Shown in pieces: positions 55,277 through 64,000 of a DNA stretch of 64,000 nt. The notes under the pieces were generated by a model that worked only from the letters and a program-made list of their open reading frames with translations, was not told where the DNA came from and ran no database searches. Within the stretch, counting starts at the first letter, position 1. Every line of letters begins with the position of its first letter. Location: assembly GCA_034530875.2 (NCBI GenBank), contig JAVRCJ020000005.1:300662-364661 (forward strand), given 5' to 3'. This DNA is from Nostoc sp. DedSLP01. GTDB taxonomy: Bacteria > Cyanobacteriota > Cyanobacteriia > Cyanobacteriales > Nostocaceae. A program made the position numbers and the translations under genes.

Positions 55277-55829
55277 TTTTGACCGTCCAGTTCGCAGGAC
55301 GGCCGACACGCCCATCCTACAAAGATTTTGTCATGCGAACTGCAAAATTTTTCGTTTTTTGCGTAAAGTATGAAACTTGAAGTGAATAGTATTATATGAC
55401 GATGTTTACTATGCTTAAACGGGGACAACATTATAAGTCTCCCATCTATATTTACTTCTATGGAAAACTGCTCTGAATAAAAATCAGAGCAGTTTTATTT
55501 TGTTTAGGTAGCCAGATTTTCAACTGTGTCCAATAGACCTGCCTTGAAAATAGGGAATCTTTACTGGGGACTGGTGACTAGGAAAGAAATATTTTCATTC
55601 CTTCGTTGTGAATTGTATTCATGGAGTAAGAGTGCAAAACTCTTTTTGCGCTGTTGGGGCAAAGGGATGCATGTAAAAGCGAAAGGGTTTTTTCTTATCC
55701 CTTTCCCCTTTCACCCTTACCCTTTTCCCGAATAAGAGCAAGAAGTCTAATGGTGAATAATCTACTTGTTGTTAGCGAGATAATCGTAAATTTATGTTTT
55801 AAAGTAGAAAGTAGTTGGATTGAAAGTGT

Positions 55830-56231
55830 TTGTTACTACCAATGAAAGTTTTAGGGTTAGTCCTGCCAGTTTTGTTGCTGCTAGGTACGCCTACTATGGC
55901 AGTTGAGTTGAAAGGGCAAAATATTGATGGTCAAAAGCTGCCTGCCAAAGCTTACTATTATGCAACTGGTGGTGTATACAAAGTTCAGGTAAAGTTTCAT
56001 AAAAAACGAGCTACTATCTATTTTGACGATCGCAACCAGATAACTATAAATTTGAACCAGGAAGCGATCGCTGACTCAAAGAATATTGAAGGTTATGGAA
56101 TGCTAGGGCAATATCCTCTGGGAATATTTAGCGTTGGCTTGGTGTATGGCAATGATTGGCTAGGCAGCAGCGATAGTCAATTCCAACAGTCAAATCCGCT
56201 ATTTGGTTTGTGGAGAATCAGTTTAGAGTGA
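55830..56231 (+). CDS. Secreted hypothetical protein
   Basis: Signal peptide MKVLGLVLPVLLLLG...; contains HIP1 sites. Confidence 0.6.
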   Translation: MLLPMKVLGLVLPVLLLLGTPTMAVELKGQNIDGQKLPAKAYYYATGGVYKVQVKFHKKRATIYFDDRNQITINLNQEAIADSKNIEGYGMLGQYPLGIFSVGLVYGNDWLGSSDSQFQQSNPLFGLWRISLE

Positions 56232-56387
56232 AGACTGGCTTTGAAAGTTAAGATTGGCGATCGCAAAAACTGCAAACTAGACTTCTTGGTATTGTGGGGA
56301 AAGGGGAAGCGAAAAATTTAACCTTTTCCCACAACCAAATTCTGAATTCAAAATTTACAAAGCGAGTAGTATTGCCATTGAGCCTAA

Positions 56388-56660
56388 TTACTCTATAGGT
56401 TCAGCTGACTTCATCCGTTCTTCACCTACTTCAGCTCTTGCCTCTGCGATGATATCATCCCAAGTTTCGCCCAATTCGGCTAAGGCTTCTTTATTTTTTT
56501 CATAAAAAGCAATTCCACTTTTGACAAGTTTTTTAGCTATTGGCCTGCCAACGCCACCGATGACTGGTAAGAATACTGGTAAAAGAATTATCCCGACAAT
56601 ACCTGTAATTCCTAATCCTTCTGCTAAATCTCCAAGGTCGGGTAAAAGTTTAACTGACAT
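56388..56660 (-). CDS. DUF5132-like small membrane protein
   Basis: GRPIAKKLVKSGIAFYEK...ELGETWDDIIAEARAE. Confidence 0.75.
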   Translation of the reverse strand: MSVKLLPDLGDLAEGLGITGIVGIILLPVFLPVIGGVGRPIAKKLVKSGIAFYEKNKEALAELGETWDDIIAEARAEVGEERMKSAEPIE

Positions 56661-56908
56661 AGTAGCTTTTCCTCGCTGGTTTTAGTTAATGTCATTTTAA
56701 TTTGACTCTATTATTTAAGTTTGGTATGGAAACATTCCGCAATTCTCAAAGCTTGATAAAAGTTAAATAACCTTAATCACCTAGCTTGCTGCGACAGCTA
56801 CATTCACTACTGAGATAGATTTTTTAATTCAGAAGAATAGATATAACTAAACTAAAGCCAACCTTTGAGAATATCAATATATAAGTTTATAAATTTCAGT
56901 TCTATTTT

Positions 56909-57571
56909 TTGAAATTAAAAAATAATCTTATGACTTCTAGAAAACGGTCTAACTCTCCCAAAAGTGCAAGCCTTAATCTACATTTACCATCAACAAAAGT
57001 AGGTAAAAATCTAGCTCAAAAAACACTGGCATCTTCAAAAATATCATATAGTATAGTCCATGCAATTCCTGGGCGCATACGTTTTCGTATTCCTCTGCTA
57101 GCAAGAGATGCCGAGTATAGTAATCAAATTAAATCGGTGATGGAATCTGACAAAAGAGTTATAAATGTTCGTGTTAATCCCCAAGCTGCATCCATCATTA
57201 TCAATTACCGGGTAGGCGTCATTTCAGATAATCAAATGCGCGAACATCTAATCGGCCTAATTCAAACTGCTCAAGATGTGCTTGTGCCAAGAGAGATAAC
57301 GATAAAATCAATCGTGGAGACTATCTTTGATGCTTTAATCAATTTAATTGATAGTACGCGCAATCTCAACCAAGCACGTAATATTATTGTCTATCGCAAG
57401 TTTAGGACAAACGTTTGGGAACGAATACTTTCTACCTCAAGAAGTGTAATTAAGAGATTAAAATCTGCAACTATGTTTATTTTACCGAACAAGCGATGGC
57501 GATTGCGCGGCAATGCCAACATCAGCCAGCCTTTACAACTGCAAGCTGCTAGCGAAGCTGACGGTGTATAG
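56909..57571 (+). CDS. HMA2-like domain protein
   Basis: YSIVHAIPGRIRFRIP...VRVNPQAASIIINY. Confidence 0.75.
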   Translation: MKLKNNLMTSRKRSNSPKSASLNLHLPSTKVGKNLAQKTLASSKISYSIVHAIPGRIRFRIPLLARDAEYSNQIKSVMESDKRVINVRVNPQAASIIINYRVGVISDNQMREHLIGLIQTAQDVLVPREITIKSIVETIFDALINLIDSTRNLNQARNIIVYRKFRTNVWERILSTSRSVIKRLKSATMFILPNKRWRLRGNANISQPLQLQAASEADGV

Positions 57572-57632
57572 CTGCCAAATGTCGCTATTTTTCTAATAAA
57601 ATAAGTATCTTATTTCTCGGTTGCTACATGTC

Positions 57633-58964
57633 TTAAACAGTTACGAAATAGTTAGCACTAAGGCTGAGGTTGCTGGAGCCTTGAACGATCGCAATTAGTT
57701 CAAGCTTACTTTCATTCAAGAATAAGGCTGTACCTGTAGGTAAGCCAGTCGGTACTACTCCTAAGCTATAGCTAGATTTCAAACCAGATAATTGGAGTAT
57801 GTCTTCGTTAGTATTGAAATCGGTAATCAAGGCATAATCGCCTAAGCCAGAAGTTTTGCTATTACCATCGCTGTAGAAAACGCTTGCACTGAGGCCTAAG
57901 ACAAAGCGATCGCTACCAGCGTCTCCAGTCAAACGGTCAATTTGTCTAGCACCTTTTGTTGCTGTACCCGTCCCTGTGAGTACATCGTTACCATCATCTC
58001 CAAATAAGCGATCGCTCCCAGCACCACCGAAGATAGAATCATTACCACGTCCGCCGTAGACGAGATCCTTACCATTATCCCCAAATAGGGAATCATTACC
58101 ATCGCCACCAGTAATGTAGTCATTTCCGCCATTACCACGAATGATATCATCGGCTGCACCACCCGCTTGGAAGTCGTTCTTAGCAGTACCTGAAAGAGTC
58201 AGAGCAACAATAGTTTTATTGTCTTTAGTTGTGGTGTCATTCTGCCCGGTAAATTGACCATTGACTAGTGTATTCAAGTTGAAAAGAATACTGTTTGACT
58301 GAGTAAAACTATTGCCTTGGAGTAATTGTGTATAGAGGGTGTGAGCATAGCCGTGATTGCCAATAAAATCCGACTCACCAGGCTGTAACGGGTCTTTCCA
58401 GTTAACATATAAATCTAACGTAGCCAAGCGCGCATCATAGCCCAATATCTGACTTGTATGTAAAGCGACAACCCGAGTGGCATCAGTTGGATCTAGGCGA
58501 TCGCTAGCTGTTTTGTCTTCAAACTCAGGCCCGGCCGGATCTAGTCCGACTATTTGACCGATGGAATGTCTGGTAGATGCTTTATAGGCAGCACCAGCAA
58601 ATCCAGCAACGTGCGCTCCCAAACTATGACCTATCAGGCTGGTGTAAGTGGGATCTACGCCATTTTTTATTAAGTAGGTACCCAACCGATCGCCGACATT
58701 GCGCGTTTCACTAGCCGAAGTAGAATACCACAAGGAACTAGCTGCTTCTTCCCAATCTACTAAAACAATATTGGCATCGGACTGGCGCTGTCGAATGGTT
58801 TGGGCGATGTTTGCCATCCAGTCCACAGGTTTATAGTTATTATTTGCGTTGCCACCAGTGCTGAAATAACCATGAATAATTACATAAGTTGGTGCATCAG
58901 AATTAATCTGCCCCGAACGGTTTATAGAGCCGTTACCCCAAATATTAAAGCCGACTTGAACCAT
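57633..58964 (-). CDS. Pancreatic-lipase-like hydrolase fused to RTX Ca-binding repeats
   Basis: IIHG, VDW, GHSLGAH, GLDPAGP, then GGxGxD nonapeptide repeats. Confidence 0.85.
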   Translation of the reverse strand: MVQVGFNIWGNGSINRSGQINSDAPTYVIIHGYFSTGGNANNNYKPVDWMANIAQTIRQRQSDANIVLVDWEEAASSLWYSTSASETRNVGDRLGTYLIKNGVDPTYTSLIGHSLGAHVAGFAGAAYKASTRHSIGQIVGLDPAGPEFEDKTASDRLDPTDATRVVALHTSQILGYDARLATLDLYVNWKDPLQPGESDFIGNHGYAHTLYTQLLQGNSFTQSNSILFNLNTLVNGQFTGQNDTTTKDNKTIVALTLSGTAKNDFQAGGAADDIIRGNGGNDYITGGDGNDSLFGDNGKDLVYGGRGNDSIFGGAGSDRLFGDDGNDVLTGTGTATKGARQIDRLTGDAGSDRFVLGLSASVFYSDGNSKTSGLGDYALITDFNTNEDILQLSGLKSSYSLGVVPTGLPTGTALFLNESKLELIAIVQGSSNLSLSANYFVTV

Positions 58965-59441
58965 ACTATAAAAAATCCTATAGAAAACTTCTGTTTCTTA
59001 GTCTGAAAGTGATTGGGCAGGAAGAATTTGATTAATTTATTGCTTAGATGACTGCAATTAAATGAACCTCAAATAACAGATTATTTGCTGTTGTTGATTT
59101 TATATGTGAGAATCATTCCACATAATACCAAAAACTTTGCACGCACAGCCTAGTAAAAGTTATTTACATCTAAATCTATACGCGAATTCACCAAAGCATA
59201 AAAACTTAACTAATTGAAAAATATTTTTGAATATTAATAAAAATGAGATATTTGCTTAATCTTTTGATAAAAATAAATATAAAACTAATTAAAGGTAAAA
59301 AAACTTTATTTATCGCTATTGCAATCTAGCAGCAGAAGACAATTTCCTAAAGGGTTTCAGAGCTTTGTCTTTCACTCCTTAACACCCTATCAGCAACAGC
59401 TATGTAACGAGACTAGGTTTTATCCATCGATTAGCCATGAC

Positions 59442-59635
59442 TATGACTTAATACATTCTTAAACCAACACAATTTCTCAAGCTAGCAGAAAAACAAGGCG
59501 CAATTGCGATCAATGGCTTAGAAATGCTAGTGCAACAAGGGGTAGCAGTGCTAAAAATCTGGTTGCAACGGGAAACTAACTGTGCCTCTAGAAGTCATGC
59601 GCCAAGCTTTACAATATCATCTGGGTTTAGTTTGA
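59442..59635 (+). pseudogene. aroE': Degenerate duplicate of the aroE 3' end
   Basis: Aligns by eye to 55085-55276 (TATGACTTAAT...AAACCAACACAATTTCT...GAAATGCTAGT...GAAGTCATGCGCCAAGC) with a 2-nt deletion and a 4-nt insertion; ends ...EVMRQALQYHLGLV*. Confidence 0.9.
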
Positions 59636-59649
59636 TAGAGAAACAATTT

Positions 59650-59880
59650 GATCGGGCTATATAGCGGACACGGTAAACTCGATGGGTGACTGCTGACGTT
59701 TACGACATGAATTCTTGTCAACTAGCAGTTGATTGTGAGTGAGCATTCTTCATAGGGCACAGTCTAAAAACACCTAAATTTCACAACCTACGCTCTGGTG
59801 GTCGCTCATTTGGATGCATAGTGGATTGGGCAGAACAGCAGATGTTAGATTAGACTTACTAAAAGCTAACAAAAGCACTT
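59650..59880 (+). ncRNA. Putative structured RNA upstream of the RT (boundaries and strand inferred)
   Basis: GC-richer than its flanks, with serial hairpins 59673-59703, 59704-59719, 59718-59732 and 59737-59811. Confidence 0.4.
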
Positions 59881-59897
59881 TTAACGCAGACAATATA

Positions 59898-61616
59898 ATG
59901 AATAAAGATTTTTTGATTGAGCAGATAAGAAAGAGAGAAGTTTTTGAAAAAGCTTATGTATATGCTATATCGTACAGAATTAATTATGATTCTTACTGTA
60001 ATTTTATTGAGATAGATTACTATAGACAAAATAAAGAGAAGTTATTTAAAGAGATTGAATCATCCCTTGAAAATCCAAACTTATATGATGCAGAAACTGC
60101 TTTTTCTTACTATCTACCAAAATCAGATATGTTTTTCAGGAGAATGATATATACTCCATTTAAAGACTTGGTTATTAAATTTATTTTTGTATCTGTATTA
60201 GCTGAGCTATTAGATTTTACGTTTGTTCAAAATTGCTTTTCATATCGTCTTGAGAGAAATATTGAAAAAAATAAAAAATATAAGGGATATTTATATAAGT
60301 ATTACTATGAAAGTTTTCAAGAATTTATAGCTTGGCAATTAGCACAAGTTGAGAACAATAGTTGTATGTTGAAAACTGATATATCATCTTTTTATGATTC
60401 AATATCACATGAATACTTACTATTAGCTATTTCAAAACAGATCAATATAGGAAAAGATACACATTTTTTGACTCTTTTTGGTAAAACCTTGAAGTTCAAA
60501 ATTTCTTACTACTCAATTGTGGATGGTAAATTAAGTGAAACATATAATAGTCAAGGTATACCGATAGGAAATGAAGCAGAGGGATTTATAGCTAATATAT
60601 TTTTAAAGGAAGCTGATGAAGCATTATTTAACTTGGGTATAAACTTTGGAAGATATGTAGATGATTTCCGTATTTTTACAAACAGTAAAAGTGATGCGGT
60701 GAAAGCCTCAATAGTATTACAAGAATTTCTTTTAAAAATAGGGGTAAATTTGAATGCTTCAAAAACCAAGGTTATAGAAGCTGAAGAAGAAATAATTAAT
60801 TTTATTGAAGAGTCAAAGGAAAGTGGAGTTTCTGCAATGCCGTTTGAAGAAGAGGAATATAATGAAAGCAGCAAACAAGAAAAAAAATTAGATAAGACAG
60901 ACCTAATAAAAGAAATTGATTCAGAAAAAGTCAGTATGTATAAAGAACCTTATTATTCAAACCATCAAACATTATTTTTAAAAATAGAAGATATTAATAA
61001 TCAGGAAAAAGCAAAACAATTTGGTAAGTTTTTGAATGAAATCCCATTAGGTATAGAGATAGAAACTCAAATGTTTAGTGAGCATATAAAATGGCTTTAT
61101 CAATTGTCTAAAATATATCCAAAACATTGGAAATTATACTCTTGGTTATTTGTAAAGTTTTTATCTCAAAATTATAGCGATGATGTCCAAAGGATTAGCC
61201 TTAAATATCTTTTTGCTGTATTTGATGATGAGCTTATCGATACATTTATCAAGACTAGAATCATTCATCATTTAGTTAAACCACGAAAGGGAGCATTAAC
61301 CTATATAGAAAGAATATCAACCAGAAAAAATCTTAGGAAGAGAATTATTGAATATATAACTAAGTTAATGAAAATAAATTGTATGGCATTACAATTGAAT
61401 TGTATATATGCTTATTATCTGCTTTTCAAAGATCATCGAGATGTGGAAGATTTTGTATCTAAAAGTTTAAAACGCCCAATACCAGAACCAATCCAAAATG
61501 CTGTTTATCAGATTGGAACTTTATGTTTCCGAGGTTCTTCAAGGTTGGTCTCTTTTGAAGAAATTTTGGAAGAAAGTGAAATAGAATATGAATCTGAAAG
61601 TATTATTTTCCAGTAA
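59898..61616 (+). CDS. Reverse transcriptase, UG/Abi-like (defence-associated type), with C-terminal helical domain
   Basis: NCFSYR, LKTDISSFYDSISH, QGIPIGNEAEGFIANIFL, RYVDDFRIF, LNASKT; no retron VTG motif; ATG 59898 preferred over 59814. Confidence 0.88.
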   Translation: MNKDFLIEQIRKREVFEKAYVYAISYRINYDSYCNFIEIDYYRQNKEKLFKEIESSLENPNLYDAETAFSYYLPKSDMFFRRMIYTPFKDLVIKFIFVSVLAELLDFTFVQNCFSYRLERNIEKNKKYKGYLYKYYYESFQEFIAWQLAQVENNSCMLKTDISSFYDSISHEYLLLAISKQINIGKDTHFLTLFGKTLKFKISYYSIVDGKLSETYNSQGIPIGNEAEGFIANIFLKEADEALFNLGINFGRYVDDFRIFTNSKSDAVKASIVLQEFLLKIGVNLNASKTKVIEAEEEIINFIEESKESGVSAMPFEEEEYNESSKQEKKLDKTDLIKEIDSEKVSMYKEPYYSNHQTLFLKIEDINNQEKAKQFGKFLNEIPLGIEIETQMFSEHIKWLYQLSKIYPKHWKLYSWLFVKFLSQNYSDDVQRISLKYLFAVFDDELIDTFIKTRIIHHLVKPRKGALTYIERISTRKNLRKRIIEYITKLMKINCMALQLNCIYAYYLLFKDHRDVEDFVSKSLKRPIPEPIQNAVYQIGTLCFRGSSRLVSFEEILEESEIEYESESIIFQ

Positions 61617-61626
61617 AATAAATATG

Positions 61627-63195
61627 TTAAAAGTCAATTTCTGGATCGGGAGTTTCATAAATAATAAGAAAACTTTTTGCTCTTGTTGCTCCGATATATT
61701 TATTGGCAATATCCCACTTACTTGGGATTAATGTTTTTATCTTCTCAAAAAATAGGATTATAACATCACTTTCTAATCCCTTATACATACCTATATTTGA
61801 CCATTGAAGAGTATTTGGATCTTTATTAGAAAATGAATACTGCTTGAGATGAAAACGATTGATATACAAATAATTTGAAAGTATCGATTTAACTAGTGGA
61901 TACATATCAGTTAATATAACAATCTGAGTAGGAAGAACATTCTCTTTATCAACTAAATTTAGAACATCTTCTTCTAACATCCTAAATATCTCACTTTTAT
62001 CTTGATATAGTCGTTGTACAACATTCTTTCCTTCAATAGCTGAACTTTTTATTGGATGAGTACAGGATACAAATGGCTCTGCATATTTAAATATTTTGTC
62101 AGTATTTCGACAGTTTTTGTCTAAAACATTTGGGATTACCGCAAGTGCAAATTTATTTGCATTTTTTGAAATATTTTGATTGCTATCTTGGAAAATGTAG
62201 AATATTCCATCATCTGGAATCAACTTGCTTAATCCGTTAACTTCCTGATACTCAAAGTCTTGTCCTTCATCAACAATGATTGCCGTAAACTCAAATTTAA
62301 TCTTATAATTTTGTGCCTTTATTTCTTCATAACTATAAACCACACAGTACCCTGATTGGATTTCAATTTGCAATGATGCTGCAAGATATAGCGAAAGGTT
62401 ATTAGATTTACAAATTACTAGCGTTCTTATATTATGTTGAGACAACCTTCTAGCTTTTTCTATTGCTAATTGAGTCTTGCCTGAACCAGCACATCCCAAA
62501 ATTATGCATTTAGAATGATGATAAAGGTAATCTAAGATATTGAATTGTTGCTCTGTTAATTTAAGAATCTCTTCTTTTATCTCACCAATATCATTGGCAA
62601 TATATTTTTTAAAATTACTACTTGGAGATATAAGGTTAACAATTTTTTCTGTACGATTATTTCCAAGTCTTATAACTTTTCCGTTCGCATAGTAATTGAA
62701 AACAGAGGAAATCCAGCTATCAACATTTTTTATTTGAGGACGTAAGAGTAATATTTCTTGTGGTGCTTCCGAAGGAAGTCCATTTATAACTTCATCGACA
62801 TCAGGGAAAACTACACATTGTCCAATACAAAAATCTTGCACTGAAAATTCGCTATATTTAATAAGAAAATCTCGAAACTTATATCTAATCTGTCTAGCTT
62901 GTTCAAATGGAGATATTTTCATTCTAATTTGGTTTTGATACCAAGCCTTATCAACAGAATCATATCTGATCTCTCCTCCTTTAGCTTCTACTATAAGTAT
63001 TCCTTTGTCAGGATGAATAATTATGAAATCAGCTTCTCTATCTTGGATAACATATTTGATATACTGCCACTGCCACCATGCTCCATGAAAAACAATATAA
63101 TCATTACTAAGGTTTTTTGCAAAAATTTCAAATAGCTTCTTTTCAGCATTGCTCTTTGTTGTTGACGATAACTTTTCAGGAATCATTCTTGCCAT
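61627..63195 (-). CDS. NERD nuclease fused to superfamily-1 helicase/ATPase
   Basis: EADFIIIHPDKGILIVEAKGG; Walker A GCAGSGKT; IIVDEGQD; NCRNT; YKGLESD; YIGATRA. Confidence 0.88.
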   Translation of the reverse strand: MARMIPEKLSSTTKSNAEKKLFEIFAKNLSNDYIVFHGAWWQWQYIKYVIQDREADFIIIHPDKGILIVEAKGGEIRYDSVDKAWYQNQIRMKISPFEQARQIRYKFRDFLIKYSEFSVQDFCIGQCVVFPDVDEVINGLPSEAPQEILLLRPQIKNVDSWISSVFNYYANGKVIRLGNNRTEKIVNLISPSSNFKKYIANDIGEIKEEILKLTEQQFNILDYLYHHSKCIILGCAGSGKTQLAIEKARRLSQHNIRTLVICKSNNLSLYLAASLQIEIQSGYCVVYSYEEIKAQNYKIKFEFTAIIVDEGQDFEYQEVNGLSKLIPDDGIFYIFQDSNQNISKNANKFALAVIPNVLDKNCRNTDKIFKYAEPFVSCTHPIKSSAIEGKNVVQRLYQDKSEIFRMLEEDVLNLVDKENVLPTQIVILTDMYPLVKSILSNYLYINRFHLKQYSFSNKDPNTLQWSNIGMYKGLESDVIILFFEKIKTLIPSKWDIANKYIGATRAKSFLIIYETPDPEIDF

Positions 63196-63455
63196 AATTA
63201 TTCACTTATCAGTTATGATAAATAGCTACTTTGCAATAGTACTCTGTATATTATCATTTAGTCATTAATGATGTTACATTACGACATCAATCTAATGAAA
63301 TACTAATTAGGCTTTATCATAGTAAAGCAATCGCAGCAACAATGAAGTAAAAATATAAAGCTGTGTACCAATGAACTGAGCTATTGCCGAACAAAATCGG
63401 TAAAACTGGTGCGATCAGAGTCTGTTCTGAACGATGTAGTGGTCTTACATAGTCT

Positions 63456-64000
63456 ATGTTTTCCAAACCAAAAGTACTTTTATCATTACTTGCATTATTA
63501 CTAAGTTTGACAAGCCTATTTCTTACCTCTTGGATTATACTTCCGGCTCCAAATATGTTTTTACTCACATTAGCAGTGGGAGCGCCAGAAGTTAGTCCTT
63601 GGTTATTTTTATTCAATCTGCTCTGTTTATTACTTTCTTTTTTCTGCATTAGTCGCGGCCAAATAAGGCGTTTAGCTTGCATTTTCAGCTTAATCGGATT
63701 GCTAATTTGTGGATGGGTACTAGTGAATATTTCACCCACTCAGATGCAGATGACCCAAGCGATGAAACAAGCATTGGGAGCAGATTATTTAGAAAAAATC
63801 CCAGTTCGATTAAGCGCCAACATGCAAACTCATCCCTTTAACTTAGTTGATTCCTTCCGGGGGATTGCATTAGGTAAAACGCGCCATCAAAAAGATATTA
63901 TCTTTGCTACTCCTGGGGGAGTGCCTTTAAAAATGGAAGTTTACCAACCGCCGGAGGTGGGAAAATATCCAGCAGTAATAGTAATTTATGGTGGAGCTTG
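63456..64000 (+). CDS. Membrane-anchored alpha/beta hydrolase (esterase), 3'-truncated by window edge; not in ORF track
   Basis: Manual translation MFSKPKVLLSLL...LAVGAPEVSPWL...MEVYQPPEVGKYPAVIVIYGGA; open to the window end. Confidence 0.8.
   Translation, partial: MFSKPKVLLSLLALLLSLTSLFLTSWIILPAPNMFLLTLAVGAPEVSPWLFLFNLLCLLLSFFCISRGQIRRLACIFSLIGLLICGWVLVNISPTQMQMTQAMKQALGADYLEKIPVRLSANMQTHPFNLVDSFRGIALGKTRHQKDIIFATPGGVPLKMEVYQPPEVGKYPAVIVIYGGA

Noticed and set aside
59650..61616. Canonical retron, group II intron or DGR interpretation of the RT
   Set aside because: No VTG motif after YVDD/LNxxKT, no clear a1/a2 repeats, no intron domain V or maturase signature, and no TR/VR pair or avd gene seen. 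An atypical retron is not fully excluded without HMMs.
63317..63739. 140-aa minus-strand ORF
   Set aside because: Antisense to a convincing + strand esterase starting at 63456.

Overview
Chromosomal window from a heterocyst-forming (Nostocales-type) cyanobacterium. This rests on frequent HIP1 octamers (GCGATCGC), heptamer STRR tracts, a form IB rbcL-rbcX-rbcS operon with a downstream Rubisco activase (rca), a split-intein dnaE-N, petM, nblR, hemE, panB, pdxA, hppD, aroE and a pstSCABB operon with a Pho-box array. Two accessory regions interrupt this core. (1) ~9.75-12.3 kb: a small two-gene toxin/antitoxin-like pair, an AlkB-like 2OG-Fe(II) oxygenase and an intact rolling-circle Rep_1 initiator, which together look like an integrated cryptic plasmid. 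(2) ~55.3-63.3 kb, downstream of aroE: a four-gene insert closed by a degenerate copy of the aroE 3' end, then an AT-rich block with no HIP1 site seen. That block holds a ~250-nt hairpin-rich non-coding segment, a non-retron, non-intron (UG/Abi-like) reverse transcriptase with a long helical C-terminal domain, and a convergent NERD nuclease-SF1 helicase. The RT with its putative upstream RNA is the best candidate for an undescribed system, probably anti-phage; the RNA has a G-poor loop with an ACCTA-N9-ACCTA pattern that could act as a repeat-synthesis template. Also seen: a nested pair of 21-nt mini-elements inserted in frame into a HIP1 site in aroE, a methyltransferase gene broken by one in-frame TAA, and a poly-G tract that is probably partly an artefact. 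All protein calls come from motif recognition by eye; no database search was run.
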